Positions 11,089 to 19,745 of a stretch of DNA of 64,000 nucleotides are shown one piece after another. Under the pieces are notes generated by a model, which was given only the letters and a program-made list of their open reading frames with translations, ran no database searches and was not told the origin of the DNA. Location: assembly GCA_017938365.1 (NCBI GenBank), contig JAGBBT010000094.1, positions 100,509 through 164,508 of the forward strand. Direction: 5' to 3'. The translations under genes were made by a program, and so were the position numbers. The stretch comes from Treponema sp. (GTDB taxonomy: Bacteria; Spirochaetota; Spirochaetia; Treponematales; Treponemataceae). Each line of letters starts with the position of its first letter. The first letter of the stretch is position 1.

Positions 11089-12164
11089 AAAAAAATCTTT
11101 TCGTTTTTTGTATTTTGCTTTTTTCTTTTGATTTATTTGCTCAAACTGAAAATTCGGAGTTTTCTTGGAAAATTCTAGAAACTGCACAAGTAGAATTCGA
11201 TAATGCAAATTATGGAGTTTCCTTGAATCTCTGTAATAAAGCAAAGTCTAAACGAAAAGAAGAATTATTATATGAGTACAATATGTTAGATATATCTCTT
11301 TCTCCTCGTCAAGTAAAAAGGGTAGGAGAAGAGTTTAAAGATGTAATTCCTGTTTTACAAGAAAGAGAACAAAAAGAATCTTTAAGAATTATTGATAATT
11401 ATATTAAGATTTATGGAAGTGAATTTTTTAATAACTCTGTTTATGAATTACTTTCTTGGCTTAAGGCAAAGCAGGTTTATCCAGAAGCTGACTTTTTAAT
11501 TGGTCGAATTTATCAGTTGGAAGGTGAATATATTACAGCTCAAAAATTTTTTGAATCTGCTAGAAAAGAAGCAAAATACTTAGATATTCCAGATTTTGAG
11601 TATGAAATTTTATATGCAATGGTTAATCTAGCAAAAGAAATTGAAGATTATGAACAATTGGAAAAACTTCTTTTGTTAATACTAGATAAAGATGAGAACT
11701 TTAGAGATACTGTTTTACAATCAGCGTTACTTAGAACTATTGATACAGATTCTGAAGCTAATGTTGATAAATTTTTTATGCTTTACAGAGCTGAAAGTAA
11801 TTTTTCTATAAGAGCAATCTATGAACTTGCAAACCTATACGAAAAAAAAGGAGATAGTGAAAGTTCATTAAAATGTTATGCATTGTGTTCTGTAGAAGCG
11901 TTTACACATATATATAATATAATAGTTGAAAAAGATCCAAGTTATAAGTATTTTACTTTTGCTGATTTTTTGTATAAATGTTCCTTATATGATGATATTG
12001 TAAAATGGGGAATGGATAATAATATTTGGAAAATGTTTTTTGAATTTAGTGATAGTGTTGGAAAGTCAGGTAAATTGGTTTTTGCACGAAAACTTTATAC
12101 TGATATTTCCGTAGCTTGTCCTGATTCTTATATTAGAACTTTAGCATCGACTAGAATAAATTAG
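11085..12164 (+). CDS. Exported TPR-like hypothetical protein
   Basis: Signal peptide (LFA-Q), helical repeats such as ADFLIGRIYQLEGEY; ATGA overlap with ispG. Confidence 0.7.
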   Translation: MKKNLFVFCILLFSFDLFAQTENSEFSWKILETAQVEFDNANYGVSLNLCNKAKSKRKEELLYEYNMLDISLSPRQVKRVGEEFKDVIPVLQEREQKESLRIIDNYIKIYGSEFFNNSVYELLSWLKAKQVYPEADFLIGRIYQLEGEYITAQKFFESARKEAKYLDIPDFEYEILYAMVNLAKEIEDYEQLEKLLLLILDKDENFRDTVLQSALLRTIDTDSEANVDKFFMLYRAESNFSIRAIYELANLYEKKGDSESSLKCYALCSVEAFTHIYNIIVEKDPSYKYFTFADFLYKCSLYDDIVKWGMDNNIWKMFFEFSDSVGKSGKLVFARKLYTDISVACPDSYIRTLASTRIN

Positions 12165-12385
12165 TTTTTTCTGTATTTGTTTATATAAAATATTCTTACA
12201 CAGGCTTTTTTTTATAAGATAAAAAAAATTATATAAATTTTGCTTATAATTATATAAAAAAATACTTTTTTAATATAATTATAATTATTAAGATGTCGTT
12301 AAAGTTTAAAACGTCGTATGAAAATCTTTCAAAATTGTTGTAATAATATCAATGAAAATGATATTTAACCTTTTGGAGGATTTTA

Positions 12386-14170
12386 ATGAAAAAGGCTAAG
12401 TTATTTAAATTATTTTGTACTTCTATTGTTGTTTCTTTATTAGCTGTTGGATGTAACATGGATATTTGTTCGGTAGATTCTACTGAAAATGATGCTCGTG
12501 CTACAATAACTGGAGTTTCTTCATTGTATGCTGATGATTTAACTCATGGAACATTTACATCTTCTTTTTCCAAAGGAAATTATAAGATTTATGCGACATC
12601 TTCAAAAACTGTTACAGTGCCTTATAATTCACAGAGTTTTGGAGGAAAAACATTTGCTCAGTCATTGAATCTCGGTGGTGGAGGAAGTGTAGGAAAGTAT
12701 CGATGTGTTGAATTTTCTACAAATGGTTCTGCTGTTATAACAGTTTATGCAATTGGTGCCAGTGGACGTTATTTAGCTTTGTATAATTCTAGTGGTTCTC
12801 AGTTAAGTAAAAAAAATACATCTTCTTCAATTTCATCTTATGAATTTAGTGTTTCTTCTAGTGGAACTTATACATTAATGTCTACAGGTTCTGCAATTCA
12901 GATTTTTTACATAAAGACTGCAATAGGAGCTTCTTCATCTAGTTCGTCTGGTTCATCTTCTGGATCATCATCTAGTTCTTCGTCATCAAGTTCTTCTGGT
13001 AGTATTTCTGTTAATGACAAGCCAGTTGGTTATGCAAGTATTTCAAAACCTTCTAATACTGTAACTGTTTCTAATCGTTCTGATTTAATAACATATGCAA
13101 AAAAAGGTAATTATATTATTTATGTTAATGGAATGATTGATATGTCAAATGGTTATCTTCCTACTACAGGAGGTGCTGCAACATCAGGATTAAATTCGAT
13201 TGTAAAAGAAAAAACTTCTAGCAAATACACATCATATTCTTCTTTTATTACTGCTTATGCAAAATCATGTTCTACTTCTACAGAAGATGGTTCTTCTTCT
13301 AGTCCTGAAAGTTCTCTTGGATCGTATTTATGGGCTTGTAATACTGCTTATGGAAATATGATAAAACTTAATGTTGCTTCTAATACACATATTATTGGTT
13401 TAACTTCGTCTTCTGGAATTAAAGGTGGAATGATTAATATTTCTAGTGTGTCAAATGTAGCACTTCGTAATCTTATTTTACAAGATGCATATGATCCATT
13501 CCCTCACCATGAAGAAGATGATGGGTATAATGCTCAATATGATAATGTAGTAATCCAAGGTTCTTCAAATAATATTTGGATTGATCATTGTACTTTTAAG
13601 GATACAATGAAACTTACAACTGTAAAAACAGGTGGTTCTACTTCTGAAAAATGGCAGACATACGACGGTATGTGTGATATGAAAGGTTCCGTAAAGAATA
13701 TCGTTGTTTCATATTGTAAATTTCAAGATCATGATAAGACTATGTTAATTGGTTCAAGTGATAGCGATGGTAGTAATTCAACTCGCACAATTACATTGCA
13801 TCATAATTACTTCTATAATTGTGGTCAGCGCTTACCTATGGTTCGCAACGCCAAATTACATATGTTTAATAATTATTATGATTCTTCGAGTCCTACATAT
13901 GCAAATCAGTATGCGTGTGGTGTAAGAAAGAATGCATTAATTGTTGCAGAAAATAACTATTTTGGTAGTGGAATAAAATATAGCTTTAAAGATTCTTATG
14001 GAACTCTTTATATAAGTGGTAATTCTGATAGTTCTTCAGGTGGTTGTAAATCATCAACATCATCTTCAAAACCATTTAGTCCATCATATAGTTATTCGTT
14101 GGAATCAGCTTCAAATGCTAAATCTAATGTTTCTAAATATGCAGGGGCTGGTCAATCGGTTTCTAAGTAG
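12386..14170 (+). CDS. Pectate lyase (PL1) lipoprotein with N-terminal CBM77-like module and Ser-rich linker
   Basis: Lipobox LAVGC, NIWIDH, DGMCD, HDKTMLIG, TLHHN, RLPMVR, NNY motifs; SD ggagg. Confidence 0.88.
   Translation: MKKAKLFKLFCTSIVVSLLAVGCNMDICSVDSTENDARATITGVSSLYADDLTHGTFTSSFSKGNYKIYATSSKTVTVPYNSQSFGGKTFAQSLNLGGGGSVGKYRCVEFSTNGSAVITVYAIGASGRYLALYNSSGSQLSKKNTSSSISSYEFSVSSSGTYTLMSTGSAIQIFYIKTAIGASSSSSSGSSSGSSSSSSSSSSSGSISVNDKPVGYASISKPSNTVTVSNRSDLITYAKKGNYIIYVNGMIDMSNGYLPTTGGAATSGLNSIVKEKTSSKYTSYSSFITAYAKSCSTSTEDGSSSSPESSLGSYLWACNTAYGNMIKLNVASNTHIIGLTSSSGIKGGMINISSVSNVALRNLILQDAYDPFPHHEEDDGYNAQYDNVVIQGSSNNIWIDHCTFKDTMKLTTVKTGGSTSEKWQTYDGMCDMKGSVKNIVVSYCKFQDHDKTMLIGSSDSDGSNSTRTITLHHNYFYNCGQRLPMVRNAKLHMFNNYYDSSSPTYANQYACGVRKNALIVAENNYFGSGIKYSFKDSYGTLYISGNSDSSSGGCKSSTSSSKPFSPSYSYSLESASNAKSNVSKYAGAGQSVSK
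12929..13003 (+). repeat. Low-complexity Ser/Gly linker-coding tract
   Basis: Degenerate tct/tca/agt repeats encoding ASSSSSSGSSSGSSSSSSSSSSSGS. Confidence 0.75.
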
Positions 14171-14201
14171 CATTAGTATAGTTTTATTTGAATAAAATTT
14201 A

Positions 14202-14246
14202 AAAGGTGTGCTCTAAAAAGATATTTTCCTTTTAGAGCACACCTTT
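14202..14246. terminator. Bidirectional terminator between pectate lyase and gadC
   Basis: 17-bp inverted repeat aaaggtgtgctctaaaa / ttttagagcacaccttt between convergent genes. Confidence 0.9.
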
Positions 14247-14248
14247 AT

Positions 14249-15655
14249 TTATTTTCTTGAAATGAATAAAGGTATTATTGAAAATCCGATAGTTCCTATA
14301 GTAACAATAATGATATAAGAAGTTGGGTTTCCTATTGGTAATTGAGATGGTGGTATAAATGATAATATCAATGCAAAAAATGATGCGACAATGCCAATTA
14401 CAGAAATTAAATATAAAAAGGGAGCTTTGTAAGGTCTTTCAAGGTTTGGCTGTGTTATTCTCAGTTTTATGGCTGATAAATACATTAAAATATACATGAT
14501 TATGTAAACAGCAATAGTTAATGCAGACAATAAGAAAAATGCTACACTTACATCTTTCATAAAGAAATATAAACTTGCTAAAATCGTTACTATTATTCCT
14601 TGTAATAACAACATCGTTTTTGGAGCTCCATTTTTTGTTGTTTTTGAAAGAATAGTTGGAAGAATACCATCGTTTGCTGTACTTAATAAACCTTTACTTG
14701 GTCCTGAAATCCATGATAATACTCCACTTAAAGCTCCAAAACATATACAAAAAGATAATATGTATATAAACCAACCTTGTTTTATATTATTTAACATTGT
14801 TGACAATGCTTGCATTAATCCTGATTCAATTTTTAATTGGGAATTTGGAACGACTGCTGCGATTGAAAGTGAACCAAATGTAAACAATATGAATACAATT
14901 AATGAAGCAATTAAAATTGCTAATGGGTATTGTTTTTTAGGATTTTTCATTTCATTTACATGAACTGCTTGAACTTCAACTCCTGCAAACAAAAGAATTA
15001 TGCCAGATAAAAATGAAATATTATTAAAGTCCTTGAAATTAGGAAGAATCCTTGGTTTTACAGTACCATTAATTATTGAAGAAACCGTTGTATCTTCAAT
15101 TGTAAGATTTTCGAAACCAATTGGATTTTTATTTAGAACCCAAATTAATCCTAAAACTATTACAATTAATCCTGGTATTACAGTTCCTATAATAAATCCA
15201 TAGCTTGTAACTTTTGAAAGAAAATTTGTTCCTTTAAAAGCTATAATAGTAGCAATCCAATAAAATAAAATGATAAATATACCTGTAAATATTCCATTAT
15301 TTGCTAACTCTGGCTTATTAATTCCATAAGATATTGCGGCTGCAGAAAATGCTAAAACTGTTGGATACCAAACTACATTTTGAATCCATTGTAACCAAAC
15401 TGCTGTGAAACCAATTTTTTTTCCGAATGCAGAACTTACCCAAACATATATTCCGCCCTCTTTTATAGCAAAAGTACTACCTAATTCGGCTGAAACTAAT
15501 GCAGCAGGTATTAAGAAAAATAGTGTTGCAAATCCGATGTAAAAAAACATTGTAAGTTCTTCAGCAGCCATTAATGGCAAGCCTCTTAAACTTATTATTG
15601 CGGCGGCGGTCATAAACGCCATAGCAATTGTTGAAATGTACTTTTTATTTTCCAT
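14249..15655 (-). CDS. gadC: Glutamate/GABA antiporter (APC family)
   Basis: IISLRGLP, ALVSAEL, EGGIYVWV, FAGVEV, WISGPSKGL; about 12 TM; next to gadB. Confidence 0.88.
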   Translation of the reverse strand: MENKKYISTIAMAFMTAAAIISLRGLPLMAAEELTMFFYIGFATLFFLIPAALVSAELGSTFAIKEGGIYVWVSSAFGKKIGFTAVWLQWIQNVVWYPTVLAFSAAAISYGINKPELANNGIFTGIFIILFYWIATIIAFKGTNFLSKVTSYGFIIGTVIPGLIVIVLGLIWVLNKNPIGFENLTIEDTTVSSIINGTVKPRILPNFKDFNNISFLSGIILLFAGVEVQAVHVNEMKNPKKQYPLAILIASLIVFILFTFGSLSIAAVVPNSQLKIESGLMQALSTMLNNIKQGWFIYILSFCICFGALSGVLSWISGPSKGLLSTANDGILPTILSKTTKNGAPKTMLLLQGIIVTILASLYFFMKDVSVAFFLLSALTIAVYIIMYILMYLSAIKLRITQPNLERPYKAPFLYLISVIGIVASFFALILSFIPPSQLPIGNPTSYIIIVTIGTIGFSIIPLFISRK

Positions 15656-17033
15656 GATTAAATCCTCCTTTTTTTATTTGTTTATTTGATGGTGGGAATT
15701 GTGTAAGTTTATTTATTCCATTTTTCAAATCATTAAATAAAAGCTCAATAAAATCATAGCTTGATCCATATTTTATCAACACTCTTTGAATAGTTTCATT
15801 TTCGCAGTTTTTGGGTAATGAATATGTAGGAATTTGCCATCCTCGTTCTCTTAGCAGATCTGATAAATCATAAAGCGTAAAAGGAACTGAAATATTTTCT
15901 TTTAATTTCCAAGTAACTGCTGGAATGCCTATTTTAGGATCTGATTCATAAATTATGTCAAATAGATTTAATGTTTTTATTTGGTCAGCTAATTTTTTCC
16001 CAATTTTATAACAATTTGACTGTATTCGTTTATAACCTTCTTTGCCCAATCTAATAAGATTATAATATTGGCAGATTATTTGACCTCCTGGTCTTGAAAA
16101 ATTAATTGCGAAAGTGGGCATGTTGCCACCTAAATAATTTACATTAAAGATTAAATCATCAGGTAAATATTTTTTGTCTTTCCAAATAACCCAGCCACAT
16201 CCTAATGGAGTCAAACCGAATTTATGACCTGATGTGCTTATAGATTTAACTCGTTCTAATCTGAAATCCCATATTAAATCTGGATTGCAAAAAGGTGCTA
16301 GAAATCCTCCTGATGCAGCATCAACATGTATATCGATATTTAATGAAGTATTTTTTTCAAAAATGTCTAAAGCATTACAAATATCTTTAATAGGTTCGTA
16401 TTGTCCAGTAAATGTTGTTCCTAATGTTAATACTACACCAATTGTGTTTTCATCACATAATTCAATTATTTTCTTTGATGTTGAAATATATGAATCTTTT
16501 TCCATTTGTATTTCTCTTAGTTCAATATCCCAGTATTTGGCAAATTTGTGCCAGCATACTTGTACTGGTCCACATACTAAATTTGGTTTATTGCAATTTT
16601 TGTTATTTTCCTGTCTTTTTATTTTCCATCTCCATTTCATAGCCATTCCTGCTAACATGCAAGCTTCTGAAGAGCCAGTTGTAGATGTTCCTATCGATTG
16701 ACCTTTTTTTCCGTGCCATAAATCAGAAATAATATTTACACAACGTTCTTCTATTTCTGCCGTTTGTGGATATTCATCTTTATCAATCATATTTTTATCA
16801 ATACATTTATCCATAAGTTTATGAATTTCCGTATCAGAATAAGTTTGACAGAATGTGGCAAGATTTTGTTTTGAATTTCCATCAAGCAATAATTCATCAG
16901 AAATTAATTGATAAATAATTTGTGGATTATTTTCATGTTCTGGAATTTTATATTTGTTTAATGGATTAATTGTTATTGTGTTATAACATAAATCATCATC
17001 TTTTTGATGGTGGGAAGGAATATGAAGAGCCAT
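15645..17033 (-). CDS. gadB: Glutamate decarboxylase
   Basis: QNLATFCQT, IDKDEYPQ, GSSEACML, HVDAASGGF, PLP lysine in SGHKFG. Confidence 0.96.
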   Translation of the reverse strand: MALHIPSHHQKDDDLCYNTITINPLNKYKIPEHENNPQIIYQLISDELLLDGNSKQNLATFCQTYSDTEIHKLMDKCIDKNMIDKDEYPQTAEIEERCVNIISDLWHGKKGQSIGTSTTGSSEACMLAGMAMKWRWKIKRQENNKNCNKPNLVCGPVQVCWHKFAKYWDIELREIQMEKDSYISTSKKIIELCDENTIGVVLTLGTTFTGQYEPIKDICNALDIFEKNTSLNIDIHVDAASGGFLAPFCNPDLIWDFRLERVKSISTSGHKFGLTPLGCGWVIWKDKKYLPDDLIFNVNYLGGNMPTFAINFSRPGGQIICQYYNLIRLGKEGYKRIQSNCYKIGKKLADQIKTLNLFDIIYESDPKIGIPAVTWKLKENISVPFTLYDLSDLLRERGWQIPTYSLPKNCENETIQRVLIKYGSSYDFIELLFNDLKNGINKLTQFPPSNKQIKKGGFNHGK

Positions 17034-17131
17034 ATAATTCTCCTGTATTTTATAAGATTATTACGAACATTTAAGGCCTTATTTGTTCATACAAGTAAAA
17101 TAATCTTAAAAAATTGAGAATTCTAGTTTTT

Positions 17132-18187
17132 TTATTTAATTTCAGTTAATAGTTTATATAATTCTTTTGCGGCATTATAATAAGTATATTTTTCTAATAA
17201 TAAATTTGGAGACTGAACCTTTTCTTTTAAAAGTTCATCAATTTTTATATTTGAATTAAATGGGTCGATATAATATGCACAATCTCCGTATAATTCTGGC
17301 AAAGATGCTGAATTACTTATTACGATTTTTGCACCACAAGAAAGGGCTTCTAAAGGAGGAATTCCAAAGCCTTCGTAATATGAAGGAAAAATAAATGCTT
17401 TGCAATTCTCCATAAGGGCTTTTACTTCTTTATCTGATAAATAACCTAATAAGGTAACATTATTTAATTTATTTAATTCTGAAAGATTTGAACTTTCCAT
17501 TCCAGAAATTACTTTTCCTGATATAGCAAATATTTCATTAGGATTATTTTTCGCATATGAAAAAATCCATTTTAAATTTTTTCTTTTTTGTAAACTACCT
17601 AATGTAAAGTAATATTGCTTTTTTTTAAGATTTGGAAATTTTTCAAATATTGTTAAATCTGGATTTATGTTATTGAAATGATCCCATCCGTTATAAATCA
17701 CAGATATTTTTTCTATAGGAATTTTATAACTTTGTGAAATCTGATTTTTACTAAAGTTTGAGACTGTAATAATTTTCTTAGCACGTTTTACAGCAGTATG
17801 ATACATAACGCACATATAAAGACGAATTAGCTTTTCTTTTAAAGTTTTAAAATCTTGGGGATAAATTTTAGCATATATATCATGTATAAATACAATTCCC
17901 GGATTAAATATTGGTGTGACATTTGCAAAATCTAATGGAATAGCTTTTTGTTTTTTTACAAAATTTGAAAACGTTATGTGTTCCCATAAAGGAAATATCT
18001 TACAACTTTTATTAGACTTTATTACTTTGAGATTTTTAAAATTAGGAATAATCTTAGCATTATTTGGTATAAAAATAGATATTTCATCTTTAGAGATTAA
18101 ATTGTCTAATCTTTTACAAGTTTCATACGCAAATCTTTCTATTCCCGTTAAACTACGACAAAAAAAATCGCCATTAATTATAATCAT
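17132..18187 (-). CDS. Glycosyltransferase family 4 (MtfB-like)
   Basis: TGIERFA, FIHD, ITVSNFSK, FPSYYEGFGIPPLEA. Confidence 0.9.
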   Translation of the reverse strand: MIIINGDFFCRSLTGIERFAYETCKRLDNLISKDEISIFIPNNAKIIPNFKNLKVIKSNKSCKIFPLWEHITFSNFVKKQKAIPLDFANVTPIFNPGIVFIHDIYAKIYPQDFKTLKEKLIRLYMCVMYHTAVKRAKKIITVSNFSKNQISQSYKIPIEKISVIYNGWDHFNNINPDLTIFEKFPNLKKKQYYFTLGSLQKRKNLKWIFSYAKNNPNEIFAISGKVISGMESSNLSELNKLNNVTLLGYLSDKEVKALMENCKAFIFPSYYEGFGIPPLEALSCGAKIVISNSASLPELYGDCAYYIDPFNSNIKIDELLKEKVQSPNLLLEKYTYYNAAKELYKLLTEIK

Positions 18188-18189
18188 TT

Positions 18190-19743
18190 TTAGTAGTGTA
18201 ATCCAATTCCAATATATAATTCAAATGCAGAGCATTCGCTTCTCCACCAAGTATCTATAAGAGGAGAAACAACTTTTGGCATAATTTTTCTTCCTACATC
18301 AACACCTGCACTTGCTCTAACAACTAAACTGCGCCATTTTGCAGGGTAAACTAAAACTTCTAAGCCTCCTGCATACCATCCGTCAAGAATACTGAAAGTT
18401 CTTTCTGTTTGTAAATTATTTGACAATGCAAAATCAAAAAAAGGAACAACTTGCAATTCAAAATCAAAATATCTCATCCAACGGAAATTGTTTGCAATCC
18501 ATGATTCTTCACCAAATAAGCTTTCTGTCCAACCGTTCCAATTTGTTTTCATTATTTTAATTGGAATGTCTATGTTGCAGACTATTGCTGTTTTAACTTT
18601 TAATGCTTCAATATCAAGATCTTTATATTCTTGATCGTCTTTAATTCCTCTCAAATAGGAACCAATCTTTTCTGTTTTATTTATATGTCCAAAACCTTGT
18701 ATTCTACTGCTAAATCCAAAATACTTAAAAGCTTTGTGTAATGATATAGAACCGTTTACACTTGCTAAATATTCAGATTTTTGATAGTTATATCCTAAAT
18801 TCTGTGAAATAGTAAAATCAACACCTTGTCTGAAGTTTCCAATCCAACTAATTCGCCCAGAAGAAATTTCGTGTCCTACAGAAAAAATCGGACTTGTCAA
18901 ATCTTCGTTTAATTCTTCGATGCCATTATCATCCCAATTTAATGTATAATCCACGAATGGAGTCCATTCTACTTTTCCCCAATTGTCAATATTTGCAACA
19001 GTGATTGGAATAGAGAATTTTGCATATTCTGTATAAAATAAGTCATCGTCATATTCTAAATAATCAAAATTTCTTTCGATTCCTTGAGTAAAATCAATTT
19101 GTAAAGAATATGTAGAAAAAGGAATTGAGAAAGTAAATCCTGTTTCATATTCAAATTCTGGTTTTGTTTCACCCATAGTATAATCAATGCTAAATGTATT
19201 ATTCCATGATGAGTCAACTTTCCATAATTTAAAAGGGTAATCATAATCAAAATTAACACCAAAAACGACATCATCTTTATTTTCATCATCATTGTGTTCA
19301 ATTGCAAAATTTAAATCAAAATCCAAAGTTTCCATTGTTCCAAGGAAATTTGTATCTTTCATTTTTAATTTAAGAAGAAATCCCTCGTTGGAATCATATT
19401 TTGGATAGGGAAGTGCCAAAAAATGTTTAGAATCTTGAGTCATTATATTTAAAGTTGTAAAACAAATATTTTTTTCAGATAAAGTAGGATCATAACTTAC
19501 ATTTACAATTGCAGAAGATAAATTGCGCTCACTATTGAATTGGTTTGTTAAGTCGTCAATATAAATACGAAATTCTTCATAAGATTCAAAAATTCTATCT
19601 TTTTCAATATCAACTATCTTTTCTAAAGCGTATTCTCTTGTCATTCCACTAATGAAGTATCTTACATCTTTAATTTGATATCGTTCTGCAAATATAAATG
19701 AAGTAGATATTACAAAAAAGAGAAAAAAGCTAAAACGTTTCAT
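18190..19743 (-). CDS. Outer-membrane beta-barrel protein, Omp85-like with a single POTRA-like domain
   Basis: Signal peptide, POTRA-like N-terminus, DTNFLGT, YLRGI, alternating aromatic strands, C-terminal GIGLHY. Confidence 0.6.
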   Translation of the reverse strand: MKRFSFFLFFVISTSFIFAERYQIKDVRYFISGMTREYALEKIVDIEKDRIFESYEEFRIYIDDLTNQFNSERNLSSAIVNVSYDPTLSEKNICFTTLNIMTQDSKHFLALPYPKYDSNEGFLLKLKMKDTNFLGTMETLDFDLNFAIEHNDDENKDDVVFGVNFDYDYPFKLWKVDSSWNNTFSIDYTMGETKPEFEYETGFTFSIPFSTYSLQIDFTQGIERNFDYLEYDDDLFYTEYAKFSIPITVANIDNWGKVEWTPFVDYTLNWDDNGIEELNEDLTSPIFSVGHEISSGRISWIGNFRQGVDFTISQNLGYNYQKSEYLASVNGSISLHKAFKYFGFSSRIQGFGHINKTEKIGSYLRGIKDDQEYKDLDIEALKVKTAIVCNIDIPIKIMKTNWNGWTESLFGEESWIANNFRWMRYFDFELQVVPFFDFALSNNLQTERTFSILDGWYAGGLEVLVYPAKWRSLVVRASAGVDVGRKIMPKVVSPLIDTWWRSECSAFELYIGIGLHY

Positions 19744-19745
19744 TA

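Noticed and set aside
16234-16701. 155 aa plus-strand ORF
   Set aside because: Antisense shadow of gadB with no independent motifs
17036-17122. Integron attC site interpretation of the gadB upstream hairpin
   Set aside because: No RYYYAAC/GTTRRRY core ends, no second copy and no integrase
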